Origin: Marsupella aquatica
Taxonomy: Eukaryota; Plantae; Marchantiophyta
Direction: 5' to 3'
DNA: 64,000 nucleotides
Assembly (NCBI GenBank): GCA_973895155.1
Contig: OZ316896.1
Span: 9,435,525 to 9,499,524 of the forward strand
Part shown: piece by piece, positions 12,585 to 24,318 of the stretch
Position numbering within the stretch: position 1 is the stretch's first letter
Layout: every line of letters starts with the position of its first letter
Position numbers and translations under genes: made by a program
Notes under the pieces: model-generated
The model's input: the letters and a program-made list of their open reading frames with translations, nothing else
The model's database searches: none
What the model was told of the DNA's origin: nothing

Positions 12585-14513
12585 ATGGTAGCCGCCCAGG
12601 CGATCATGGAGAAGACTAGTACGAGAGTGATAGTGGACATTCTTCGGAAACTGGGTGGTGATCATATAGATACTGCACAGGCCAGAAGTCTGCACAATTC
12701 ACTGCTGGATGAGCTGCAGAAAGTTTCGGTCGTGGATCTGAGCAGGAGGAAGATCGGAGACAAGGGAATTGCTGCGCTCGGCAAAGCGCTGCAGGATTGT
12801 CCAGTGCCGAGACTGGAGAGGCTGAGCTTGGAAGCAAACGACATTGGCGTTGATGGCATGGCATCCGTAGGGGCGGCAATAGGTTGCGGGAACTTGACAT
12901 CGTTGAGAATTCTTCAATTATCATGGAACAAGATCGGCGAGCAGGGATGCAAAAAATTGGCCGACGGTTTCCTAGGAGTCAAGCCGCCGAAGCCCAAGCC
13001 GGCCGCCGCGGCGAACTTCTCTTTTGAATTCTGGAACAAGAAGAAATCCAGGTCGAGAAGTCTGCAGCAGTCAGGGCCCATAAACGAAACAGGGGCCGTG
13101 CCAAGCAGAAATTCGGATTTCTCACAATCTGATTTTTCAGACGACCAAATCGGCATGAAATCGTTCAAAACTGCTCCAAATTTGCACACGCTCTGGTTGA
13201 GCGGCAACAACATCGGAGACGTGGGCACCAAGGTTCTCTCAGAGGTCTTCTCATCCGGGCAGTGTCCGGCGTTGAAGATTCTGCGCTTGTTTAAGAATGA
13301 GATCAAGGCCGATGGCGCACAATCGCTAGCTAAGGCCTTGAAATCCGGCAGCATGAGCCGCCTTGAGGCTTTGAATCTGGGGCAGAATCCAATTGGTGGT
13401 GAGGGTACCATGGCGCTCGTCAGTGCATTCGAGTCACACAAAATGCTCGGGTTGAAGGAGGTTGGATTGAGCTTCATTCCGAGCATGACTGCCGACGGAT
13501 GCATTTCGCTCGCTCGTGTGATTAGAGAGGGCCATCTGCCGTCGCTGGAATCACTATACCTGCACAAGAACTTTGTTGGGAACGATGCAGCCATTGCCCT
13601 CTGGAGAGCCTTAGGATCTGGACGTGCAAGGCAGCTCAAGATATTGGACCTCGAAAGCAATCACATCCAGTCCACAGGAATTGCAGAGCTCGCGAACGTG
13701 CTCCGCCTGGGCCAGGTACCCAGTCTAGAAATTCTAGACCTGGTCGCGAACAATATCGGCACCGAAGGCGGCAAATTGCTCGGCGAGGCATTCCAGAGGC
13801 GGAATAGCATAAACCTGAAGTGGCTGGCTCTGGCTGGGAATTCCATAGGCGACCTGGGATGCACCGCTCTAGCCAAAGCGATCGAGCAGGATCACCTGTC
13901 CGGCTTGCAACGCTTGGACCTGGCCGGCAATGGCATCGGGCCGAAGGGCGTCACAGCTATCGCCAATGCACTCGAGAAAGGTAAGCTTCCGAACTTGGAG
14001 TTCATATCGGTTGATAACAATGGTTTGGATCACCGGAGCACAGTAGCACTGGTCGGCTCTCTCAAGAACACTACTTCGCCTGCCTTGAAGCGCCTGAGCA
14101 TGAAGAATAATATGGAAGGCGACCAGGAGAAAGCCGCAGAAGCTTTGATGGCAGCATACACCAAGAACTTGGATTTGAAGACCGAGGTTCTCTACGACTG
14201 GCCGAAAGACAGCTACGCAACTCAATTGAAGAAGATCTTTCAGGACCGAAATTCCGAAAAGGATGTGTCCTCCGTACCGCAGGACCCGTCGCAGGACAGC
14301 GTTGCCCCAACCAAGTCACGCAGCTGCTTTCCCTCCGGCTTTAGAAGCTTCTTGACGAGCTATAGAACGCGCAGTAAAGGTGCTGAAGTAGATGATCAGC
14401 CAGGAAATCTAACGCCCACGGGCAGCTTCAGAGATCCCTTGCGCTTGGGGTCCATGACCACCAAGTCCAAGTTCGCCGACATGCCACCTTTGGCAAGACC
14501 ACCCGGTCAATGA
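12585..14513 (+). CDS. RNI-like (ribonuclease-inhibitor-type) leucine-rich repeat protein, ~642 aa, single exon
   Basis: Many ~31-aa repeats of the form LxxLxLxxNxIGxxGxxxLAxAL. An S/K-rich insert follows the third repeat, and the C tail is disordered. The first in-frame ATG is at 12585, just after an acceptor-like pyrimidine tract ending TCTCCAG (the track start at 12516 is TTG). Confidence 0.9.
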   Translation: MVAAQAIMEKTSTRVIVDILRKLGGDHIDTAQARSLHNSLLDELQKVSVVDLSRRKIGDKGIAALGKALQDCPVPRLERLSLEANDIGVDGMASVGAAIGCGNLTSLRILQLSWNKIGEQGCKKLADGFLGVKPPKPKPAAAANFSFEFWNKKKSRSRSLQQSGPINETGAVPSRNSDFSQSDFSDDQIGMKSFKTAPNLHTLWLSGNNIGDVGTKVLSEVFSSGQCPALKILRLFKNEIKADGAQSLAKALKSGSMSRLEALNLGQNPIGGEGTMALVSAFESHKMLGLKEVGLSFIPSMTADGCISLARVIREGHLPSLESLYLHKNFVGNDAAIALWRALGSGRARQLKILDLESNHIQSTGIAELANVLRLGQVPSLEILDLVANNIGTEGGKLLGEAFQRRNSINLKWLALAGNSIGDLGCTALAKAIEQDHLSGLQRLDLAGNGIGPKGVTAIANALEKGKLPNLEFISVDNNGLDHRSTVALVGSLKNTTSPALKRLSMKNNMEGDQEKAAEALMAAYTKNLDLKTEVLYDWPKDSYATQLKKIFQDRNSEKDVSSVPQDPSQDSVAPTKSRSCFPSGFRSFLTSYRTRSKGAEVDDQPGNLTPTGSFRDPLRLGSMTTKSKFADMPPLARPPGQ

Positions 14514-14852
14514 TCCGTGGTGATCAATTCATTCCAGATCGATCAACAATCTGCAATCGACCAGTTCACTTGTTCAATCTTGACAATTTTGATCGCGGCC
14601 GGCCACTGATCGATGGCAAGCCAGGCCCTCTTTAATTTCAATGCTTCATAATCCTTCAAATGAGAATCAGTTTGACATAACCCTATCCGTTAACTTCCAC
14701 TAAATATCTTCCGAAATTTGCCACTGCAAGAGGAAACATGAGCAACTCGCAACTGTAAATATTGTATTATCGTCAGAAACAAATTTTAGGTGAAGTTTGT
14801 AGAGATAATTTATAGAAAAGTATCCACCGTACCCTTTACATATTCCGTTCGT

Positions 14853-15025
14853 GCACCAGCTGGATGAAAAGTTAGTTGTAGCTATGATTCATGCCCTCGA
14901 ACTCGAGCTGTCCCATTCATGCACCAGCTATATGAAAAGCCATTTGTAGCTAGATTCATGCCATCGAACTCGAGCTATATGACTAATGCACCGTCCAGCT
15001 GAAGGCAAACTCAGTTGTAGCTAGA
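14853..15025. repeat. ~67-bp tandem repeat, 2.5 copies, 3' of the LRR gene
   Basis: GCACCAGCT..ATGAAAAG..TTGTAGCTA..ATTCATGCC.TCGAACTCGAGCT repeated. Confidence 0.75.
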
Positions 15026-16165
15026 TGCGCACGTTTGGTTGATCGAGATCAATCGAGATCTAAGTTGTCAGTAATTAGAATACAAAATCCCACCACATTG
15101 TGTTTATGAAACGCAAATTTGGGTGATTTTCGTGAGTACAGTTATTTCAGCTGCCCATTTGACAGACCATCTTGTCCGGGCTGAATCTTAACTAACAGCA
15201 CCCGTATGATCGTAATTAGTTGCTTCAGGAAATGTCATTCAGTTTCGTTACAAGAGATTCCTTACTAATCCCTCAATGTCAATTTCGGGGACAAACACGA
15301 CTGATATCAAACAACGCAGATGTGTGGCTAGTTGTAGAAGTTGTGGCAGTGTGATGACTAAATGTTCAGGCTGAGAATTGTTCGTTCGTTTGGATGATGC
15401 AAACATGGAAGATTTCAGCAAGATTGATTTTTTCTCTGTTTCTCTCGCGAGTGCACATCTGATGGAACATCACCACCAAATAGAAAATTAGTTCTACCAA
15501 TGCAATTATGGTATTGAATTTAGCTTCAGATGTCCTCGAGTTTTGTAGTACATTACTATTGGGGTCAGACGCTTTCACTCAAATATATGCTGGAAGCCAA
15601 GTGGCCACAGTGTGCTCCATTGAGGATGGATGAAGATGTTAAAAACTCTGTTGAAGCCTAAAGAAGTAAGGAAAGCTGTTTAGGGCGAACTTACTTGCCT
15701 AATGCACTCATTAGGCATGCTTTTGAGACACGTAATTGCTATCTCTGAAACGTCTAGGAGGGGGCTGAAACGTTTACATTTCAAAGTCCATAAGTGACTC
15801 CTATATTACAGTGAAAGTTGTAGGGACAGGCACTAAAAGGGGCTGTCAGACAATTTCAGAGCCCTGGGCAGAAGCTGATCTTTACCCTAGAAAGGATATG
15901 GATCGAGCCACAAAGCTGATCTCGAGCATGCTATGAAGAGTTCTACAAGTTCACCATCTGCCAGCTAGAGCATCCACATGTGCCCAACCAAGTCTACGTA
16001 TTACTTTGTAAAGAACAAATCGTAGCTACAGCAGTCAAGTAAGAAAGACAGAACAAGTTATGAACATCGAGCTGGAAAAATCCCACACCCTAGTTTCCAG
16101 CCAGTTCAACAGATTTCAATTCCAACTCAAAGCATCTACTTGGAGTCTAAGAGAATAATTAAAAG

Positions 16166-16275
16166 TAGTCTCCTTAGCAATTGCTTTTCCAACCTAATGT
16201 TGGATTACTTACTAAGAGATAGTCTCCTTAGCAATTGCTTTTCCAACCTAATGTTGGATTACTTACTAAGAGATA
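16166..16275. repeat. Perfect 54-bp tandem duplication
   Basis: TAGTCTCCTTAGCAATTGC...ACTAAGAGA at 16166 and 16220. Confidence 0.95.
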
Positions 16276-17176
16276 CTCCGAGTACGTGGTAGATCTAGGA
16301 CCTGAGGAGTGCGAGATGTCATTTGCCAGGCCTTTGTCATAAGCCAAACAATAATGAGTAGGCATCCTTTCAAATGATCACTGGATATTGATGTGAGCCT
16401 TTGCAATCGACATGATTTTTTATATATGTCCAAAATTGGAAGCTTAATTCGGGGTTGTTCGACGTTTTTCCTGAATGCTCTGCAATCCTGAAGCGGATTT
16501 CCTCCGATCCGTGGGATTTGGATACTCGTTACAGTTCTGCTAAATTTCCAGGAATATCGTCAACTTTAACTCCCAAGGGAACTGGCCTTGTCGTAGTGAA
16601 TTGTCCAACAAACAATTGGAGCCACTGTTACTAAGTTCCCCTATGATATGCAAGCGACAGATAGATGCTCTTTGTTCCTTGAGGCACAAATAACAAGGCG
16701 GCGCAATCAGCAACATTCTTCCGTACCAGCAGAATTCCTGAAAACAAAGAGCCATGACAATTACCAAGAGACAAGAGGATTACCAGAGAGAAAAGCCAGT
16801 CCATCTGCAATGAATTGGGAAAGTGTCCTAGCCTAAATCTTCTTACTGTGAACAGTTAAAACACTTTAATTTTCTTTGTATTCTATTCGACACTCAAAGA
16901 CACAGCCTTGTTCCTAATCAATCATACGGTGATCAGAGCTAAGACGGCCCAAAATGGGTTCCCGAAGAAAGAGTAATTACACGGTAGTTTGCTTGATCAC
17001 TGCCAAGTAGCATCTGTCTCATATCAATGCCGAAGTTGACTACACTCAACTGAGGATCTCCTCAGCTCGAATGCTTGCTTCGAATTCCAATATTCCAGCC
17101 TTGCCTCACAACCTGGCCATTGAAATAGAAGAGCTTTACTACTGTAGCAGATTAGCATCAAAGAAGACCACCGATA

Positions 17177-18240
17177 TTACCAAAAGTCCCTGGAAGAGCA
17201 TTCACCATCCTGGAAGATGAAAACGATTTGCATCCCTTACAATGATTGTTTTACCAACTATCTCTCCAATCAACTTCGCAGCAGTGTGACAGTCACCACA
17301 CCCACGCAGGTTTTTGAAAAATTAATGCGGACGTGCCGGGAGGTGTGCTGATTATCCTAAATGCAATGGCCAGCTTCTCACTGTGGTAACACAAACGCTA
17401 TACCTTCTCTTAGTCCTCCACATCATGAAGCACAACCTTCGTATCTTGCACATACCCAGCCTCCTTCATCAGCCCTGACAATCTATCTATTTCTGCACGA
17501 ATCTCCTTAAATTGAGGATGTTCTCGGTCGTCTACTCTGAATGCATGGACCTTATTATTAACCTCGATCCAGGTCAAACCTGGCGGTTTCATTACACCTA
17601 AACCCTAAACCCTAAACCTGTCCCAAAACTGTAGCATTTCAAGCGACCACATCATTCACCAGCATTTTATTGAATACCGTCCTATGATCCTCAATGCTTC
17701 CACACTTTGCATACATATCAACAAGGCACAAACCCACAAATGGATAAGACTCCAAACCTCTTCGAGAAATCAGTTCATGAACACGCCGGCCTTCATCAAA
17801 CTAGCACAGCCATTGACTACTGCCAGAAATGTGACAGGAACTGGATCCACCCCTTCTCTTTGCATTCGCTGAAATAGACCCAATGCCTTCTGTTCTTGCC
17901 CAAGCCGCTGAATCATAGAATTCCGACGGACAACACCTCGTTTAGCCATCATCTTGAATACTTTCGATGCTTTCTCTACGATCCCACACTTTGCATACCT
18001 ATCAACAAACTGTTACCCACATACATATCTGTCTCACAACCACTGCTTGATCCGTTCATGGACACGTACGCCATCGTCAAGTGATAGTAGACCAGCGCAT
18101 GCGTTGAGAACTGGAGGGAAAGTGAACCTGTCTGGCATTATGCCCTGTTCCTGCATTTGCCCAAAATGTTGAATTGTCTTATGCATTCCTTAACATGTCT
18201 TACCAGCTTTGTTCCATGAGAAAACGTTCCACTGCACACT
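17177..18240 (-). pseudogene. PLS-class PPR-DYW (PG-box) RNA-editing factor pseudogene
   Basis: [59 protein letters not shown] and a terminal CSSRDFW*, with stops and frameshifts. Upstream PPR fragments include ALGLFQRMQREGVDPVPVTFLAVVNGC and MQEQGIMPDRFTFPPVLNAC. Confidence 0.9.
17597..17618. repeat. Interstitial plant telomere repeat (CCCTAAA)~3
   Basis: CCTAAACCCTAAACCCTAAACC lies immediately 5' (on the minus strand) of the PG-box codons. Confidence 0.85.
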
Positions 18241-21200
18241 TCCTAGCGCCAATGCGCAAGCTCTGATTCTACCCATGGTCGAGCCAGAGTGCGTCCTGAG
18301 TCTTCTTATACTCTGAAATCCGGATACTTTGAGTTTGCCTAACCCCAGAAATCCAAGCAAAAGGATTCAGTAATGCACTCAGCCTACCTACTCATATCAG
18401 AGCTGTAAGAAAGGACGCATACTAAAATCTGGAACCAAGAGATCATAGTCAAAGACCGCTAGCTCATTACTAAGCTAATTAAGTAGATGTTAACGACTTC
18501 GACTTCCCCGTTTCCGTGGCTAAATATAGTTTTGGTCCCTCAACAATAACCTCCCTGTTCTCCATTTCTCATACGTTTTCTATTCCCCTTGCGAAAGAAT
18601 TGTAGCAGTTTACTTTTCTTGGCGATGTAGGAGATATTTATGCTGCTGGCGGATCTCGTCAGGAATTACTATATCTGATCGATGATCCCACCACTGTGAT
18701 AGATCGGAAAAAATCTCCCGCCCAAGTTTTTCTAGAACCCTTTGTCGGCCTGCCACTACCCGCAGAAACTGGTGAAAATAAGAAACGTTACAGAGAGCAC
18801 TGTTTTCTTCATGTCATGTGTCATACTTATACTTTCATGCACGCCAGGATGAGGAATATTACATTTGAGCTTAAGTTTCATCGTCCATAAAAAATTGCCA
18901 TCTTCCTCCGCCCAAAATAAGCGTAGCCCATAGCTGTCCGTTGTTGCACTGCTGGAACCTAAACAGCGATAAAATTAAAAAAGGCATTAAAGCACAAATT
19001 CATGGCTGTCTCACCAAATGGGTCTGCTGAAGGTACCACAATATCTCGCTCTGTAGAAAATTGAAGCATGTGGCACCGACGAAAACCTATCACAAACAAT
19101 AGATATGATCGAATTCATCAGAACCAATTGCTCGAAGAAAAAGTATAACCCCTAAACCCTGAACCTGACCTGCTCTAATGGGTCCCCAACACGCAGAGGG
19201 ACTTACACGTGATCTAGGACGAGTAGAGGGGCATAAATCTTATAACTAATCCAGATTGATGTAACAGTAGGTCATGTCCACAGTATCAAGAGCGAATTGC
19301 GCGGAGCGCCCACAGGTCACGTTAGGGCAAGTTAGAAAAGGAAGAAAACAATATCAAGTATAAAACAGCAGAGCGCAAAATCATGAAATTCACCAGAGAA
19401 ACGGCTCCACCCGCGTGCTGCTGTGGCTAGCTCTCCGGTCGCCGCCATCAGACGAATTTCACTTCATTCTCAACACAGCGGTCATCTCATTCCTTAGAGC
19501 AGAGCCTGATGTGAATGTCTCTATCTGCCTCAACTTCACACAATCTCTTTAGGCAAGTCCCAGCGGAAAAGGTTACTTAAGTTAACCCTCCTGACCTACT
19601 TTGAGAGTTTGAGAAAAACAGAACCATAGAAGTGGCTAGGCAATAACATTTTCAGCATCGATTATTTGCATCGAAATGAATTGGCGATTGAAGGCTGGGT
19701 ATGCAGAAGTTCAGACGCACTTCAAACTTTATTGACAAGTAAAACGAAAACATACCACTCCAACAAGGGAAGCCTTGGATGCACTTCTGATTGATTGCTT
19801 TCATTGGTAATAATCGTGTTCGAGCAGGCAAGTAAAGGAGGAATTTGATAGGTTGCATCACTCTGTAAATGGTGGGAGATATTGTAATCTAGCCCCATCT
19901 CCTTGAACCCCCATATCTATTAAATGTTATTCATCAGAAAGACATAAACAAAGTTTTGAGAAATTTTGTTTCAGGATTTCGTTTCAATCCTAATGATCAT
20001 ATGCATTTGCTCCCAGGCACACTGAATTGGTTTTTTTCCTCAAGGACTTCTCATATCAAGGGGAAGAGAAGTTTTGGGATTTCTTGCACTTCGTCGTCAA
20101 ACGTTATCATTCATATTCATTTCTTGTCTCCGACTTGTGTGTCTGAAACCTTTTAAGGAGCCCGAACACTAGTCACATTTCCAGAAAGCAAGATTCCATT
20201 TCAAAGCACTTCATGCATGTCTAGATAAAGATTCGCACTTTTAGCTGTAGTTTAGTGTGTCTGACCTTACACGTTTCGCCTTTCATGCACTCTCGTTTTG
20301 GTCCGTCTCTTGCTTTGTTCTTTGATGGGGCTCGTGATGTTCTGGATGCACCTAATGATACGATCTACATGTGCCAAGGGAGGTACATCCAATCCAATAG
20401 GGCGGAAATTCACGGATCATGCGTGTTATTATCATGGTGATGTGATACACGTCAAGTTACAGATAGCCAACCAACCATTATTTGGGGATTGAAGAAAGCG
20501 GCTCCCGGGCTGCTCGCCATTTCCATTTCTGTCAAAAGGGCAGAACGGTCTATACATATAACAGTACTGGTATTCTCAGTGGTGACTGTAGAAGGCAAGG
20601 GGCAGAAACTTGGCTTTCAAGAACGTGGGCCGTGATACGATTCCGTATACTGCAGCATGCGTCGTGCGTTGACTCGCTCGATCATCAATGGCAATGAGCC
20701 AAAGATCAAGCCGTATTTTGTGGGTAGAGTTTGACGAGTTATGTTCGCGGTAGCAACTAGGAAATCTCTCCCAAATTGCCGATTTGCACCAAATGTCCAT
20801 TTCTCGTAATTCCTCGTTCATTGTTGCTTAGGCGTGCAATACATGCACGGGCATCGATAGCAAACGATTCGTGGCAATTATGAGGAATTTCACTTTGTTT
20901 AGCAGGGGGGCCCCAATTCCGAGCCAATACGCCAAGTGTTGGTGTTGAGTTGCCGATTGGGTGACGCACTTTGATCTGTGACGCGGTGGCACTGTGAGCT
21001 AGCTACAGCTGGTCAACATTAAGTTGACGAAAACGCATAGTGTCCGCGTTAATGCTACAGATGATTGTGGTAGAGACCTGAAAATCTGGCCAAAAAAGCT
21101 TGACGGAGATTTACCCAAAATTGTGTGGACCTTGGAAGGATTTCCACGGCTGCTGTTGCACCACCATTGCCAATAAGTGAGGATCCATGCAACTCTCAAG

Positions 21201-22035
21201 TCTGGGTTGAATAATAACTAAACTTTGCGCGTGATCTTCGAGCGTCTCAAAAAGATTCACACGATTGCTCTGACAAAATTACCTATCGGCCGTCACCTGT
21301 CGGTTCATGACCATCTGCTTGGCATGGAATGATGGTGCTAAAAGATAGCGACCTGACATGCTCGCCGAAAACGCTTCTTGCGAATGTTGTATGATAACCC
21401 AACCTACCACGGTTGAAAACCTTACAAGAATTCCTCGGTTCCTCCTCCTCGGGATGGCAGTGTCAATTGCCCGTTAAGTTGTGCGAAACCATGTGCTTCT
21501 CAAGCACGGGAAAGAACAGTTTTATATCTTGCGGATACGGTTTTGGCGTGTGAGAGAGAATCACACGAGTACTGACAAAAATTACGAAACGGCGGTCACC
21601 TGTTGGAACACGATCGCCTGCTGATCACATCTAATTTAGGTTCGAGTGGCAGCGCATCTTCTCAAATCATGATCTGTAATTGACGGACATTCTAGATTTT
21701 ACATTAATGCTTGAACCTTCGAACTTTTGACGGCTTCAGGAAGGTGATGCTGATGGTACAGGAACAAAAATTCAAACCGAAGGGCGTTTTTTTATTCTCA
21801 CAAACCAAACATGCATAGCTTTCGCCTTATGTCGAGACTTGAATGAATAATTGTAAAAGAATTGTCAGAATCCAAAATATTGGAGAATTTTTAATTGTCC
21901 TTTTCTAGGCACCTAAAACTTGACAAACGTCAAGATGGTCGAACTTGAAGAACTGGCCAGAGGCAGCAGGGCACTCCAAAAATGATATAAACTGCAGGCA
22001 TCGGTAAGTAGATCAAGTCTCCATTCATACAGCAA

Positions 22036-22512
22036 TCAATGATCATAGAAGTCTAGAAGTTCCTCGAGCTCGGTGGTTTTGGAAGCCGGGTCATTGTTGC
22101 CGATCATCCATAGCAAGTGTTCGAACAAGACGGGCTCGCAGGCGATGGCAAGCCCGCCCTGATACACGAAACCAAACTCCTCTTCCGATCTCTTCAGCAA
22201 AGCCTTGAACAGACGATGGCTAAGGTAGTTTGTGCTGATCACGAATCGCTTCCTCTCCTTCCCTACGTAAACCGCCATGTACCCGTGAGGAATGTCCCTA
22301 GGAAGACGCCAGCGACCGCCCTGCCCAAACTTCGACCGTCCATCATGTCCCGTTTGCGCGCCCTCACCCACCTCGTTGCCGAGAAGATCAGTCTCCGACC
22401 CACTATCGGAATCGGACACGTCCTGCCCACCACCTTTGCCGATGTGAGTGAAATGCTGAATGACTTGCACGATTCTTACAGAGCTGCGAAACCTGTTTCC
22501 TGGCGAACCCAT
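22036..22512 (-). CDS. SAUR: SAUR (small auxin-up RNA) family protein, ~158 aa
   Basis: DIPHGYMAVYVGKERKRFVISTNYLSHRLFKALLKRSEEEFGF..GGLAIACEPVLFEHLLWMI is the Auxin_inducible domain. Intronless; first ATG at 22512. Confidence 0.95.
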   Translation of the reverse strand: MGSPGNRFRSSVRIVQVIQHFTHIGKGGGQDVSDSDSGSETDLLGNEVGEGAQTGHDGRSKFGQGGRWRLPRDIPHGYMAVYVGKERKRFVISTNYLSHRLFKALLKRSEEEFGFVYQGGLAIACEPVLFEHLLWMIGNNDPASKTTELEELLDFYDH

Positions 22513-22746
22513 GACCACAAATCAAAGAAAATTCTACCCTGCGGCGACCGCTTCGCTGAATGATGCTGAATGACTGTTCCGGTCCCTGTTTGAAGATCTA
22601 GCTTCCTCGTTCGGCGATTGAGAAAGCTCAAATCAAATCGAACAACTCTAGCTGACTTGATTTTGGATTTGCAACCTCTCGACTCCTGTTAAAGCTCCTT
22701 ACTGACGGTAATTCCGAAAAGAATCCAGCCTGCCTTTCTGCCTGCT

Positions 22747-23040
22747 GTGACACCCGACCGAGCTCCGGGTCACCTGCCTATTGTATAAGACTCCAAAAAC
22801 ATTTCAGACCCTGCACCGCCTGTGGATTGGACACAGGTGAAGCGTCGACCAGGCCAATCGTTGCAGACTGCCTAGAAAGAGTGCTGATGGCACAGGGACA
22901 CCACTAAACACATGTCCCGAGAAGGACCGGACATAGCTGGGTGCGATTCCAGATGTGATGTGACGGAGTCCGTCCGGCTATGCCGATCTAATGTCAAGAA
23001 AGAGAGTTGAGAATGCCGAAAACTCGCGATACATGTGTGC
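22747..23040. promoter_or_regulatory. Cluster of TGTCNN AuxRE-like cores and CACATG/CATGTG boxes upstream of SAUR
   Basis: GGGACA 22895-22900, TGTCCC 22913-22918 (overlapping CACATG), CGGACA 22928-22933, GTGACA ~22747 and CATGTG ~23033. These short motifs can occur by chance. Confidence 0.35.
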
Positions 23041-23450
23041 TCCTCAACGAAGATCACAGAACACGTTAATTAAGTAGCTTCCCTCGCAGGGGCGAACCGA
23101 CCATCGATGAAACTATGCGCCAGCGATCTATCTACAGTCCATTCCAAGCCCGTTGACAAGCGCTTGTCGCCTCTTTCCCTTTCAAAATCCCCTGCGGTTT
23201 TTCAAGCTGAGCAATCACCACACTAGACACGACGACGTCAATCGAAAACGACTTGAGATAAAGTTGTTCAGGATCGATAAAGGCGGCTTCCTCGATCACG
23301 ATGAATCAGGCGGCTCTGAGCTCATAGTGCTCCCGTCAACTTCATCCATGGCGCGATTTCATCCACAACAGGTGAATGAGTCGACCGCTTCGTCGATCAC
23401 AGACTTTTCTAAGTCGCCGACGAGACGTCTCCCAAGGCGCACGAGGCAAC

Positions 23451-23480
23451 GAAGTGAAGTGAAGTGAAGTGAAGTGAAGT
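23451..23480. repeat. (GAAGT)6 microsatellite
   Basis: Directly visible. Confidence 0.95.
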
Positions 23481-23729
23481 GGAACAGTTTCGATTACTTT
23501 GCGTCGTAGCTGCTCTCTTCACTTACTGGTTTGCTGAACGGATTGCTATTTCTTCAAGCATCAACGCCCAACTCTTATATACTTGGCGCACTCCGTGCTC
23601 ATTCCCCTCCGTGCCCATTCCTCTCCGTGCCCGTTCCTCTCCGAATCGATCGCCCGCGCAGCTCCACTGTGCAACGACCAATTCGTCACTTCCTGCCCTT
23701 CCTGCCGCGGCTGCGAAGTTCGGTCTGCA

Positions 23730-24318
23730 CCACGCTATAATTGGAGCTAGCTGACCTCATGGAAATTCAGCTCGGTCTCCAGAAAGAAACAAATGGATTC
23801 CAAAAATTTTAGGCAAATCAAGCGGTCTGCGCCACGGTACAATTGAAGCTACTGTAGCTGACCTGATGGAAATTCAGTTGGTCTGCGCCACGCTAAAAAT
23901 TGGAGCTCGCCACGCTATAATTGGAGCTAGCTGACCTCATGGAAATTCAGCTCCGTCCTCGCCACGCTATAATTGGAGCTACTATAGCTGACCTCATGGA
24001 AATTCAGTTGGTTGCGCCACGCTAAAAATTGGATCTCGCCACGCTATAATTGGAGCTAGCTGACCTCATGGAAATTCAGCTCGGTCTGCGCCCTTAAAAA
24101 AATGGAGCTAGCTGACCTCATGGAAATTCAGCTCGGTCTGCGCCCTTAAAAAAATGGAGCTACTGTAGCTGACCTCATGGAAATTCAGCTTGGTCTGTGC
24201 CACGATATAATTAATTGGAGCTAGCTGACCCGATTGAAATTGAGCTCGGTCTGCGCCACGATAAAAAATGGAGCTAGCTGACGTGATGGAAATTCAACTC
24301 GGTCTGCGCCACACTATA
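23730..24318. repeat. ~52-bp minisatellite, 9 core copies, with internal inverted repeat
   Basis: Unit GCCACGCTATAATTGGAGCTAGCTGACCTCATGGAAATTCAGCTCGGTCT with an AGCTGA...TCAGCT stem. A ~130-bp higher-order duplication spans 23830-24090. Confidence 0.95.

Noticed and set aside
12914-13660. 248-aa minus-strand ORF and other antisense ORFs over the LRR gene
   Set aside because: Antisense shadow of a GC-rich coding sequence with no independent motifs.
22117-22563. 148-aa plus-strand ORF overlapping SAUR
   Set aside because: Non-ATG start and no motif; shadow of the SAUR CDS.
22600-23700. Search for conserved miRNA precursors near SAUR
   Set aside because: No by-eye match to miR156/160/166/171/390/408/529/536 mature sequences.
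23730-24318. CRISPR-like appearance of the hairpin repeats
   Set aside because: The sequences between repeats are variants of each other rather than unique spacers, there are no cas genes, and the context is eukaryotic.
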